A stretch of DNA of 60,308 nucleotides, counting the filler. It is 8 parts of 8 records of this genome, joined end to end, with 100 filler letters (N's around TTAATTAATTAA, not from the genome) between each part and the next. Parts side by side here need not be neighbours in the genome. Positions count along the whole stretch, not along the records: positions 18,116 to 26,157 come from SRR31147125_38995; positions 26,258 to 36,908 come from SRR31147125_39017; 6 more parts are not named here. One strand, 5' to 3'. Made by a program: the position numbers and the translations under genes. Positions 21,059 to 32,253 of the stretch are shown in pieces (the first letter of the stretch is position 1; every line of letters starts with the position of its first letter). The notes beneath the pieces are model-generated. The model searched no databases and was not told the DNA's origin. It saw only the letters and a list, made by a program, of their open reading frames with translations.

Positions 21059-24000
21059 ATGTTGAATGAATTCTGTAAAGCATCCAATCGAAAGACGTTT
21101 TGTCCCTATTTTCTGTCCCTCTTTTTCTGGCTGTCGCTTTTTCTTGCGTCTCCGGTTTGGGCCGTCGATCAGGTGGTGCCCCTGAACACGGACACTGTAA
21201 GCGGCGGAAGCGGTGCTAAGGGCGATTTGCGATACGCCATTGCCGACGTGGGGGATGGTCAGAGCATCATCTTTGACATCGACGAAACTGAAACAAATAA
21301 GCCCGATTTTAAATTACTTCTTATCCCATCAAATATACTTGATGGAGAAAAGCTTGAAAACGCGGTGAAACAAAACGTGGTTGTTATTAAATACAATCAT
21401 GAAAAAACTTCGCTAATAGAGCTTGTCAGCATGATAAAAAATTCTCTTTTGAAAAGAAAAGTTTCTTCAATTGGAATCGCAACCCATCGTACCGGACAAA
21501 ACCAATTTTATCTCAACCAAAACAATTGTATTTCTACAAATTCAACACTTACTGATGAGAAACAGCAAAAATTCTGGCATGATTTATGTGCTGTGCTCGA
21601 TACAAACGGACGTATCGATCTATTTGCCTGTGGTTTAACGTCCAATGAGAATGGCAAACAACTGATTTCAGCCCTTGAATCCCTTACCAATAGTAATTTT
21701 GCCGCATCAAATGACCTCACTGGCAGTTACGAGAAGGGAGCGAACTGGCTTTTGGAAACGGATCATATTGATTTGTCGAAAGAATATTTTATTTCTCAAA
21801 AGTTAAATGAATATACCGGGGTTTTCGATACCGTCAGTTTCACTCTCTCAAATATTTCCGGTGATACTGGAGAATATCCAGCTGCCATGGGGGATATCAA
21901 TCAAGATGGAAATTTGGATATTTATGGTGGGCATCAATTTTGGGTCAACAACGGTAATGGATCTTTCGATACCACCATTCCAATTGGTGACTCAAGCGGG
22001 ACTCCTAGAGATGCGCTTATAGGTGACATTGATAACGATGGAGAGCTTGATGTTTATATCGTATATCATAATGGGCCAAAAAAATTTGGTTCAATGATGG
22101 CAACGGATCCTTCACCTCTACGACCATTGGTGAGACGACCAACTGCTACGGAGCAGCCATTGGCGATATTGATAATGATGGAGATCTGGATATATATAAC
22201 GCCATATATAACGATGAGCAGAACAATTTATGGATAAACAACGGTAATAGAACCTTTACTGCTGCCAATATTGATGAGGATACAGGATATTCACATAAAG
22301 CCGTAATGGGAGATGTTAACAATGACGGCTATCTGGACATTTATGTTGTCAATGCTACCGGTCAGCAAAATAAATTGTGGATAAACAATCATGATAACAC
22401 ATTTACCAATGGAGATATCGATGGTGATAGTGGGCAGGCCTCTTATGGCGCAGTAATGGGGGACCTGGACAATGATGGAGATTTGGATATTTATGTTATA
22501 AATTATTACCAAAATAACATATGGATAAATAATGGAGATGGAGTATTCACCAATAATGATATTAGTGGGGATGGAGATTGGACCTATGGCGTGGCACTCG
22601 GGGATATTGACAATGACGGAGATCTGGATATTTATCTTCCTAACAATGGAGAAGTAGATAAATTATGGTTAAATAATGGCAGCTTGTCTTTTTCAGCCAC
22701 GACCATTTCCAATGCTTCGGATTACCGCAAAGGGGCGGTCATGGGCGATGTTGACAATGACGGAGATTTGGACATTTATGTTATAAATGACGGGATGCAA
22801 TTGGGTGCCCAAAATAGTCTTTGGATAAACTCATTGTTAACACCTTCTCAAAAAGAGACACCAACGAATCACCCGACAAATTTTCAAGCCACAGTAGACA
22901 GTACAACCCAAATTACCACCTCATGGACAGACTCAACTGGCGATATTTTGCCTGATGGATATCTTGTGATGTGCAGTACCTCAGACTCTTTTCCTGACCC
23001 AGATGACGGAACGGAGCAAAGCGACGACACAGACTGCTCAGATGGAAATGGTGTTAAAAATATACCCCATGGCACAGCGATATATACCTGGACCGGCTTG
23101 GAAGAAAACACTCAATATCATTTCAAGATATTTCCCTACAGTAATTCCGGTAACAACATAAAATATAAAACGGACGGAGGGCCTGCGACTGATACCGCTT
23201 CAACAGCACAACCGGGCCGGTGGACCGGAGGGGTGGATACGGATTGGCACATCGAAGGCAACTGGGATGACGGGCAGATCCCCACGGGAACCGTCGATGT
23301 CACCATCCCCGCAGGCGGCAATCAGCCCGTCATCGATTCCAATGCGGAATGCCAAAATATTACCATCGAGAGCGGCGCCACTCTGAATTTGAATGCAAAC
23401 CTGAGCGTCAATGGAGACTGGCTGAACAGCGGCAATTTAACAGCATCCGACACTGCAACAGTTATCTTCTCCGGAACGGAGTCCGGTAAGCGCATCACAT
23501 CCGGTGGAAGCGCTTTCAGCAATATATCCTTTACCGGCAGCGGCGGCGAATGGACTCTGCAGGACGATACCATCGTCACCGGCGCCTTTCATGTCACCGA
23601 CGGCACGTTTTATTCCGGCAGCAACATCGTTACCCTCCAGGGAACTATTGCCACATACAGCAACGGAAATATCAACGTCGACAACACCGATTGGACCGGG
23701 GGGACGCTCAATATCCGCTCCGATACCGACCAGACCCTTCCTGCAGGCGAAACCTACAATGACCTGACCCTGGGCAGAACGTCCGGTTCCGGTGAGACGC
23801 TCTACGATCTTATCGACCCTGCAACCACCATCGGCGGCACTTTGGCGGTGGAATCCGATGCCGGGATCATATTGACGGTTACCGCCACCGCAGACAACAA
23901 GGTGTATGACGGAACCACCGATGCAACCGTGACGTTGAGCGACAACCACGGCAGTTTTCCGGGTAACTATACATTGACTCACACTTCTGCTGTCTTTGCT

Positions 24001-26157
24001 TCCAAAAATGTCGGTACCGCCATCGAGGTCATCGTCTCCGGCATCGGCATTGACGGAAGCGATGCCGACAAATACACCCTTGTCTTGGATTCGGCTACAA
24101 CCACCGCAGACATCACGAAAAAAGCGCTACTCATCACCGCCGATGATCAGATCAAGTCCGAAGGAACGGCTTTCACGTTTGATAAAACGGAATTCACTGC
24201 CACCGGTCTAATCGGTACGGATTCGATTTTGTTTTGCACCATCACCAGTGATGGTGCAGATGCGTCCTCTGCGGTCACCAGCTACCCCATCACCATCGCC
24301 GATGCCGTCGGGGCATCTGATTGGGCCAACTACGATATCACTTATACCACCGGAACCTTCACTGTCAAAGAGCCCGATCGATGGACCGGAGCAGTCGACA
24401 GCGATTGGCATAATGACGGCAATTGGCAGGACGGCTCCCTCCCCACCGCCATCGACAATGTGTTTATCCGGGATGTGGACAATCAGCCGTCAATCGGAGG
24501 GGATGCCACATGTCACCATCTGACCGTCGAGAGCAGTGCCACCCTGGAACTCCAGGGCGGAAATACCCTGACCATCGGAGGCGACCTGACCAATCAGAGC
24601 GCTGCCGACGCACTCAGTGCCCTCGGCACGGTCTCTTTCAACAAAACCGCCAAACAGACCCTGACCGGATCGGTCACTTTGGGCGACACCTACATCGCCA
24701 ATGAACTGCAGGTACCTGCAGGGTCCCATCTGGCCTTTACCAAAGGGTCAACGGTGAAACTGAAGACAGGGGATATTTTCGACAAAACAGGGGTTGACGG
24801 CGGTTTTCTCAACATCAAGGGAAAACTCACGGCCATCGGCACCAGTGACAACCATATCAAATTTACCCGGGCAGATACGGACCATGATCTTTGGGGAATC
24901 GTCTATTTGAATGAAGCGGACAACGAAAGTCAGATCGATTACTGCGATTTTGAATATGGGCAGCAGGTTTCGGGAATGTTTACGACATATCAATCGGGTG
25001 AGGAGAGTGAGGGTACAAGTGCCCATGGCATGCTCACCTTTTACAGATGCAGCGGTACAGTTCAAAACAGCACCTTTTCAAACAGTGACGACTGCTCCGG
25101 AATTCATGTGTTTGAAGCCTCTCCGGACATCCTGAACAATACCTTATCCGGTATTTCAGGAATTCATGTTCAAACCGGTGAAATTGAGGGCTCCCCAACC
25201 CCTGTATCCTCTCCCAAGATCGAGGGGAATACCATTTTCAATGGCAATGGCGGCATCGAATCCGAGAGATCCACTCCAACCATCACCAACAATCACATAT
25301 ACCAATGTGATGGAATGGGAATCTTTGGAGAAGAATCCGATCTGATTGTCACCGGCAACCTGATTCACAACTGCGACATGGCGGGAGTGATATTTAACGG
25401 CGGAACCCCTGTCCTTTACAACAACACCGTGGTCAAGAACGCGTTCGGCATTGGGGTAATGGGAACATCGATTGAAAATATCACCATAAAAAATTGTATT
25501 GTCTGGGGTAATGACACTGAAATAGAGGCAGTGTCGGATTCGGACACGCGTGGGAATGAGATCCTTGATGTGACCTACTCCTGCATTGAAGAGGGCTACG
25601 CCGGTACCGGCAACATTCAGACCGACCCGGCCTTCACCGACTACGGGAGCGGCGATTTCACCATCACGGAGAGTTCCCCCTGCGTGAACAGCGGGTCGCC
25701 GGACACCGTCGGTATGCCTCTGCCTTTGACCGACTTGGCCGGCAACCTCCGAATTTATGACGGCATTGTCGATCGCATCGATATGGGCGCCTATGAGTAC
25801 CAGGGGGATCCGCAACCGCAGAGCACCCTCACCGTCACCACCCAGGCGGTGACCGGCATCGGCACCGCCTCGGCCACGGGGAACGGGAACATCACCGAGT
25901 TTGGCATCTCCAACCCCACGGCCCATGGTGTTTGTTGGTCCACCACGGCCAATCCGACCATCGGCTCCAGCAGCGGTAAAACCGACGAAGGCACTGCAAC
26001 ATCCACCGGTGTATTTACCTCGAACATCACCGGACTCTTCTCCGGAACCACCTACCACGTTCGGGCCTATGCCATCGATAATGCAGGGACCGTCTATGGT
26101 GATGACGTGATCTTTACCACCTCCAACCCGGATCCCACACCGGATCCCACACCGGAT
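21059..26157 (+). CDS. Giant secreted/surface protein (>1,690 aa, 3'-truncated) with a frameshift at the A7 run 22078-22084. Signal peptide, DUF4347, FG-GAP/VCBS repeats, FN3-like domain, two WTG..DW..NW repeats, YDG/MBG-like domains, parallel beta-helix, anchor-Q-like and FN3-like domains, PDPT linker
   Basis: RBS GGAG before ATG 21059; hydrophobic segment ending ..VWA; IDLFACG..FAASNDLTG..GANWLLE; repeated GD(I/V/L)DNDGDLDIY; NKVYDGTT; DLAGNLR..IDMGAYEYQG; TTYHVRAYA. Adding one A joins ORFs 21005-22237 and 22306-26205. Confidence 0.85.
26128..26157 (+). repeat. 12-bp tandem repeat (CCGGATCCCACA, 2.5 copies) encoding a PDPT linker; the contig ends inside it
   Basis: ccggatcccacaccggatcccacaccggat directly before the spacer. 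Confidence 0.85.
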
Positions 26158-26257
26158 NNNNNNNNNNNNNNNNNNNNNNNNNNNNNNNNNNNNNNNNNNN
26201 NTTAATTAATTAANNNNNNNNNNNNNNNNNNNNNNNNNNNNNNNNNNNNNNNNNNNN
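26158..26257. other. Artificial contig spacer
   Basis: N-run, TTAATTAATTAA, N-run. Confidence 0.97.
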
Positions 26258-26516
26258 AAAAAATACTTTTCTGTTCTTTCTCAAATCGTTTATCCCAATA
26301 CCATCGAGATAAACTGTTTGGCATAGCAAAAGCCAATATTCCGACCAATAACTGAATAGTAGCCTCAAGCACAGCAAACGCTCCAAATTCACTGGTACTT
26401 AGCAGTTCAGGATTGGTATACAAAGGAATAAGAACTAAACCAACCACCTTAGAGCTCATGTTACCAAGAGCATAGATAATGGAATGCTTTGCTGTAGCTT
26501 TTATGTCTTTTAGCAT
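26258..26516 (-). CDS. Wzx-like oligosaccharide flippase, N-terminal fragment
   Basis: AKHSIIYALGN..KVVGLVLIPLYT..LSTSEFG, a typical Wzx N-terminus. Confidence 0.8.
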
Positions 26517-26676
26517 AATTTTTTCTGTAATTCAAAATACAGTTTCACACAACTTTTTCAGACGATTAAAAAACTAAAAAAAATTGAATAATTATAATTC
26601 AAAAGGAATTAGACAAACCCAATAAATGTATCAACACTAAACAAATATTAAAAAGTAATCTTTCTTTTTAATTTAC

Positions 26677-27633
26677 TTAACTTCTTTTTAAAAATCGAAG
26701 GAATATCAATATCTCAGCCTTAAAACACAAAATTTTCACCTTTAAGAGATAATTATATTTCTTATTTACATTACTACTATTTATTTCATAACCCTGCTCC
26801 AGTAAATATTTCTTCAAATAATACTCGTAATAATAAGTAAGATTGGGTTTTAATTTGTTTTTATATCGACCAATACCTTGAGATGAAATATTTTTAGAAC
26901 TTTTGCCAATATCATCAAAAAATGAATTGCTCCCCTCCCAACCAGGATGGTCTGTTGATTCCAATATCTTTGGGTCAAAATCCAAACCTGCAAGACTACA
27001 TACTTTTGACATAGTGCTTTTGGGATGTGTAACTAAATCTTCGTACTTAACTACTATATATTGGCCTTTATAAATCTCTTCATTTCTTTTAGAAAGCTTT
27101 AACGATTCTTTCCATTCTTTAATGTGCCTGCAAGGTGAATAAATCCACCATCCATCAGAGTAACTTTGAAATGACACAGCAACATCACGAGGATCTCTAA
27201 CCATATGAATTATTCTTGCATTAGGATATGAATTAAAAATCTCATCAGCAAAAAATTCATTATTTGGCGTTTTTAATCCCCATCTTTTTTTACCTCTTAC
27301 TTGTGCATATTCTTCGAGAAAGCATTGAAAGACAAAACCAATAGAAATATCATTTTCTTTCTTAATTTTTTTTATCAAATCTTCTCTATTAATGGAACCA
27401 TCACTGTTTTTAACCTTTTTATTCTTAACAATATCATTCACAAGGTTATTAAGGTTATTTGACTTGCTAATGTCTCTGCCCTCATATTTTCCATACAGCT
27501 CTGTCCACAAAGGTAAATCCCATTGGAAAATAGCAACATCCGGATGAGATCCAACAATCCCCCTCATCAGGGAAGTTCCACTACGCTGAATACCAGCAAT
27601 AAATATTGGGCCATCATTATCTATGTCTTTCAT
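26677..27633 (-). CDS. Sulfotransferase family protein
   Basis: PAPS-binding IFIAGIQRSGTS, WGLKTP, IHMVRDPRDVAVS, VKYEDLV. Confidence 0.88.
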   Translation of the reverse strand: MKDIDNDGPIFIAGIQRSGTSLMRGIVGSHPDVAIFQWDLPLWTELYGKYEGRDISKSNNLNNLVNDIVKNKKVKNSDGSINREDLIKKIKKENDISIGFVFQCFLEEYAQVRGKKRWGLKTPNNEFFADEIFNSYPNARIIHMVRDPRDVAVSFQSYSDGWWIYSPCRHIKEWKESLKLSKRNEEIYKGQYIVVKYEDLVTHPKSTMSKVCSLAGLDFDPKILESTDHPGWEGSNSFFDDIGKSSKNISSQGIGRYKNKLKPNLTYYYEYYLKKYLLEQGYEINSSNVNKKYNYLLKVKILCFKAEILIFLRFLKRS

Positions 27634-27971
27634 ATACCAAGTGTATTAACAAGTTTTTAAAAGTATCAATTATCATTATCCTAATAAAGCACCAACCGTT
27701 TCATTTAATTCACCAAAATTACTTTCAAATTATTATTATAACGATGAAACTAAGGATAACAATCAAAATTTTACGAACAATTATTCTAGCTCAATTATTC
27801 GAAATCAATAGTTCTATAACTTATTAGGAGTAGCATTACCTATAAAACTATAACAAGCCACTAATAAACCTTCCTTCTTGCAGGCAAACTCTCGTGACTT
27901 TTATACAATTTACATGCTTACCAAACCATAATTATTAAACAAGCATATCTGGAATATATCTAATCAATGGC

Positions 27972-27979
27972 TATATTTG
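27972..27979 (+). promoter_or_regulatory. Bacteroidota -7 promoter element for the YfhO gene
   Basis: TATATTTG, 25 nt upstream of the ATG. Confidence 0.5.
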
Positions 27980-28004
27980 CCCTACATTCAAAATTCCCAG
28001 AGAA

Positions 28005-30488
28005 ATGAAGAAAAAGTGGATACAATATTTAATTCCTGTAATTTTACTTTTTATAGCCTCGGCCATTTATTTTAGCCCGGTTTTAGAAGGAAAGGTAGTA
28101 CAACAATCCGACATAATCCATTTTAAAGGCATGTCGAAAGAAATGACGGACTACAGAGCCGAAACCGGAAAAGAAGCACTATGGACCAATTCGATGTTTA
28201 GTGGAATGCCAGGCTACTTAATTTCAACGGCATACAAGGGAAGTATTACTCGAACTGTTATGAGATGGTTCTTGAAAATACCTCGTCCATTAAGCTACCA
28301 CTTTTTATTTTTAAGCATGTTTTACCTGGCATGTATTTTATTGGGAGTTAATCCATGGCTGAGTTTAGCAGGAGCATTGGCCTATGGTTTTACATCCTTC
28401 TTTTTTGTGGTTTTCGAAGCAGGGCACACCAGCAAAAGTTTAAATATTGCATACATTGCATTACTCACAGCAGGCGTTATTCTTGCCTACAAAAATAAAC
28501 GTTTGGCCGGAGCATTAATTTCGGTATTGGCTTTGTCGTGGATGATTTCGGCAAACCACTTGCAAATGACTTATTACAGCGGAATTATGGTAATAATAAT
28601 TGCTATTGTTTATTTTATTTATGCTTTTAAAGAAAAAGAATTGCCGGCGTTTTTTAAAAGTTCTGCGGTATTACTTGGAGCTGCAGTACTGGCAGTTTGT
28701 ATGAATATTTCTACGTTATGGCCCACATATGAATACAGTAAATATACCATACGAGGCGAATCAGAACTTACTAAAAACGAAAGTGAAAAATCTAGTGGCC
28801 TCGATCGCAATTATATATTAGAATATAGTTATGACATTACCGAAGCACTTACTGCTTTTATTCCCCGATTAAAAGGAGGTAGCATGATGGAGCCGTTAGG
28901 CGAAAAATCGAATGTTTACCAATTACTGGAAGGCATGCAAGGCAAACAAAATGCACTACGAATTGCCAACAACTTACCGCTCTACTGGGGTAGTCAGCCC
29001 ATTGCCGGTGGTTATATGTATTTTGGAGCAGTGCTCTGTTTTTTATTTGTACTCGGCCTATTTATAATAAAAGGGAAAGACAAGTGGTGGATTGCCGCCG
29101 TTGTTCTTATTTCATTTTTGCTATCGTTAGGAAAATATTTCCCGCTATTGTCAAACTTAATGATCGATTATTTCCCATTGTACAATAAATTCAGGGACGT
29201 AAAAAACATTGTTGTAATTCAGGAATTTGCCATGGCTTTTATGGGAGTTCTGGCAGTTTCGGCAATTTATAAGCGCGAAATCAGCGACAAAGTATTTAAC
29301 AAGAGTTTATTATATGCATTCTCAATTACAGGAGGACTTGCACTACTATTTGCACTTATTCCATCAATTGCCGGAGACTTTATTGCAGAATCAGATGCAC
29401 GCTTAGCCCAATCGGGTTGGCCTCAACAACTTATTGATGCACTTCATGCCGACCGCAGAATGGTTGCACGCCAGGACGCATTCCGCACCTTTATCTTTGT
29501 TGCTTTAGCTGCTGGAGTTCTTTGGGCTTTCTGGAAAAAGAAACTAAAAGCTGAATATGCTTTGGTTGCCTGGATGATTCTGATTTTGGCAGATGTATGG
29601 CCGGCCGATAAAAGATACTTGAACAACGATAGTTTTGTGGCCAAACGCAAAATGGATAATCCATATACTTTGTCGAAAGCAGATGAAATTATACACCAGG
29701 ACAAATCGCTTTCATACCGGGTTCTGAATCTTACAGTAGCTCCAATGACCGATGCCTCAACTTCTTATTTCCATAAATCGATAGGAGGTTATCATGCAGC
29801 CAAATTGGGCCGCTACCAATTGTACGATCATCAAATTGCTCCTGAATTACAAAGCTTGATACAGATGCTTAATAAAGGTCTTGATGCGTCCAATATCGGA
29901 CAACTATTTAACAGCACAACGGCATTAAAAATGCTCAACACCAAGTACCTGATAATTAACACAAACGGAGCGCCTGTTCAAGACCCATCGCCTCTTGGAA
30001 ACGCATGGTTTGTACAAAATTATGAGATTGTTGAAAATGCTGATGATGAAATTGATGGTTTGAAAGGAATTAATCCGGCTGAAAAAGCAATAATCGACAA
30101 ACGATTTGAACAGTTCGTATCAGGAAAAAAGTACAATAAAAGTGGGAGCATTAAGCTTGAAGAAAGCCAGCCGAATTACTTGAAATATGCTTTTTCTTCC
30201 AATTCGGAACAATTAACAGTTTTCTCTGAAATATATTACGATAAAGGCTGGAACGCCTATATTGACGGAGAAGAAGTTCCACACTTTAGAGTTAATTATG
30301 TACTTCGGGCATTATCTGTTCCGGCAGGAGACCATACCGTTGAATTTAAATTTGAACCGAAATCTTATTTCCTCGGAAACAAAATTTCGTATGCCAGTTC
30401 AATTGTCTTTGTACTATTGGCTTTAGTTTATTTAGGACTATTTCTGAAAAAATCGGGATATCTGGGAGCCGGTAAAAAAGAAGAATAA
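28005..30488 (+). CDS. YfhO-family multi-pass membrane protein (GT-C-like glycosyltransferase)
   Basis: WTNSMFSGMPGY, HKSIGGYHAAKL, FSEIYYDKGWNAYIDG, RVNYVLRAL..GDHTVEFKFEP; many TM helices. Confidence 0.85.
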   Translation: MKKKWIQYLIPVILLFIASAIYFSPVLEGKVVQQSDIIHFKGMSKEMTDYRAETGKEALWTNSMFSGMPGYLISTAYKGSITRTVMRWFLKIPRPLSYHFLFLSMFYLACILLGVNPWLSLAGALAYGFTSFFFVVFEAGHTSKSLNIAYIALLTAGVILAYKNKRLAGALISVLALSWMISANHLQMTYYSGIMVIIIAIVYFIYAFKEKELPAFFKSSAVLLGAAVLAVCMNISTLWPTYEYSKYTIRGESELTKNESEKSSGLDRNYILEYSYDITEALTAFIPRLKGGSMMEPLGEKSNVYQLLEGMQGKQNALRIANNLPLYWGSQPIAGGYMYFGAVLCFLFVLGLFIIKGKDKWWIAAVVLISFLLSLGKYFPLLSNLMIDYFPLYNKFRDVKNIVVIQEFAMAFMGVLAVSAIYKREISDKVFNKSLLYAFSITGGLALLFALIPSIAGDFIAESDARLAQSGWPQQLIDALHADRRMVARQDAFRTFIFVALAAGVLWAFWKKKLKAEYALVAWMILILADVWPADKRYLNNDSFVAKRKMDNPYTLSKADEIIHQDKSLSYRVLNLTVAPMTDASTSYFHKSIGGYHAAKLGRYQLYDHQIAPELQSLIQMLNKGLDASNIGQLFNSTTALKMLNTKYLIINTNGAPVQDPSPLGNAWFVQNYEIVENADDEIDGLKGINPAEKAIIDKRFEQFVSGKKYNKSGSIKLEESQPNYLKYAFSSNSEQLTVFSEIYYDKGWNAYIDGEEVPHFRVNYVLRALSVPAGDHTVEFKFEPKSYFLGNKISYASSIVFVLLALVYLGLFLKKSGYLGAGKKEE

Positions 30489-30489
30489 T

Positions 30490-31281
30490 ATGCAGGAAAG
30501 ACATAGTGACAAATGGCGGTATTTTAACGAACAAGCCATTACTTCTGAAAAATATGTTATTCCTTATCTCGAAAAACAGTGTCCAATAAACGAAAGTACA
30601 AGCGTACTGGAAATTGGTTGTGGAGAAGGCGGAAACCTGCTTCCATTCATGAATTTGGGATGCAAAATAACCGGTATTGATTTATCGATAGGTAAAATCG
30701 AAAAAGGAAGTGAATTTTACTCCGAGCATAAGAACCGCAAGAATCTTACTCTATTTGCCGACAATATTTATAACCGAAATGATTTAGGGAAATTTGATGT
30801 GATACTTTTACGCGATGTAATCGAACACATTCCTGACCAAAATTTCTTTATGGAGTATTTTAAAAGTTTCTTCCACAAAAACTCTATTGTATATTTTGGA
30901 TTTCCTCCCTGGCAAAATCCTTTTGGTGGGCACCAGCAAATTTGTTTCAGTAGAATTTTATCGAAGTTGCCGTATTTTCATTTATTACCAGTTCCTCTTT
31001 ACAAAGGAATGCTAAAACTATTTGGCGAAAAACAATTCCGGATAAAGGAACTTTTAGACATTAAAGAAACGGGCATTTCCATTGAGCGTTTTGAAAAAAT
31101 TATTAATGGGAATAATTACGAGGTTTTGGACAGAACTCTCTATTTTATTAATCCGAATTACGAAACGAAATTCAAACTAAAACCGCGTAAACAAGCCGAA
31201 TTTATAGCTGCATTGCCTTGGCTTAGAAATTTCTTTACTACCTGTGCCTATTATTTACTAAAAGTTAAAGATATCGACTAA
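30490..31281 (+). CDS. Class I SAM-dependent methyltransferase
   Basis: VLEIGCGEGG, GIDLS, FDVILLRDVIEH. Confidence 0.88.
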   Translation: MQERHSDKWRYFNEQAITSEKYVIPYLEKQCPINESTSVLEIGCGEGGNLLPFMNLGCKITGIDLSIGKIEKGSEFYSEHKNRKNLTLFADNIYNRNDLGKFDVILLRDVIEHIPDQNFFMEYFKSFFHKNSIVYFGFPPWQNPFGGHQQICFSRILSKLPYFHLLPVPLYKGMLKLFGEKQFRIKELLDIKETGISIERFEKIINGNNYEVLDRTLYFINPNYETKFKLKPRKQAEFIAALPWLRNFFTTCAYYLLKVKDID

Positions 31282-31294
31282 CCAAAGTTTTCTT

Positions 31295-32188
31295 CTATCG
31301 TATTTTGCTCGTAATTTCAAGGCTGCCCTGTGCATCGTCTACTCCAAAACCATTGCCATCCAAAATGTTTTGATAGGTTACCGTGTGGAGTTCGGTAAAA
31401 CCGTCGCTGAATTCAATTTCTTTTCCATCAATTTTTATAGAACGATATGTTCTTTTGCCTGCCTGCGTTGCAATTTCAGGCAAATCGTCGCAATCGAGGC
31501 TCAACATCCAATTAACCGTTGCCTTTTCCAGTGTCAGAATCCCGGCTGCTTTTGTGGCTTCGTTTTGTACAATGGTATTTTCCTTAGCTGCACCAAAAAT
31601 CCATGTCAGCATATCGAAAAAATGGATACCAATATTTGTGGCAATTCCACCCGATTTTTCAACCTCGCCTTTCCAGCTTTTATAGTACCATTTTCCGCGC
31701 GAGGTGATATAATTCAAATCTATTTCGAAATGTTCAGAAGAAGAAGATTGCTCAACATCGTTTTTCAACTTCAGAATAGCTGGATGATAACGTAATTGAA
31801 GCACGGTATTTACCTTTTTCCCAGATTCATTTTCCAATTCGCGAATTCTAGCCAAATCGGCAGGATTTACTACCAAAGGTTTTTCGCAAATTACGTTACA
31901 ACCATTTTTCAAGGCTAACTCAATGTGTTTTATATGAAGGAAATTTGGAGAACAAACACTGATAAAATCAATCGGATTCCCCTCTTCTTTGCATTTTTTC
32001 AAAAAAGAAATAAGTTCTGCTTCCGATGTAAAAAATTCAGCTTCCGGGAAATAGCTGTCCATGCGCCCCATTACATCAAAAGTATCCATGGCACAAACTA
32101 ATTCGTGCCCGGTTTCTTTAATTGCTCGTGTATGTCGTTCTGCAATGTATCCTGCAGCTCCTATTAATGCAAACTTGTTTCTTTTCAT
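31295..32188 (-). CDS. wbpB: Gfo/Idh/MocA oxidoreductase, WbpB/WlbA-like UDP-GlcNAcA 3-dehydrogenase
   Basis: FALIGAAGYIA, CSPNFLH, ICEKPLV, YITSRGKWY, SGGIATNIGIHFFD, EFSDGFTELH; operon context. Confidence 0.8.
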   Translation of the reverse strand: MKRNKFALIGAAGYIAERHTRAIKETGHELVCAMDTFDVMGRMDSYFPEAEFFTSEAELISFLKKCKEEGNPIDFISVCSPNFLHIKHIELALKNGCNVICEKPLVVNPADLARIRELENESGKKVNTVLQLRYHPAILKLKNDVEQSSSSEHFEIDLNYITSRGKWYYKSWKGEVEKSGGIATNIGIHFFDMLTWIFGAAKENTIVQNEATKAAGILTLEKATVNWMLSLDCDDLPEIATQAGKRTYRSIKIDGKEIEFSDGFTELHTVTYQNILDGNGFGVDDAQGSLEITSKIR

Positions 32189-32220
32189 TATAATATTAAC
32201 CGTGTAACAGATGAAATTCA

Positions 32221-32253
32221 CTTTCAACTTTAAACCTTAAACTCTGAACTTTT
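32221..32253. repeat. Short heptamer tandem repeat between wbpA and wbpB
   Basis: CTTTCAA CTTTAAA CCTTAAA CTCTGAA CTTTT. Confidence 0.45.

Noticed and set aside
21880..22830. Periodic GATAATGATGGAGAT-like DNA repeats as a CRISPR array or DGR repeat
   Set aside because: They are degenerate in-frame FG-GAP/VCBS coding repeats. No cas or reverse transcriptase gene is present.
25156..26058. 300-aa minus-strand ORF
   Set aside because: Antisense shadow of the GC-rich part of the adhesin; no recognisable motifs.
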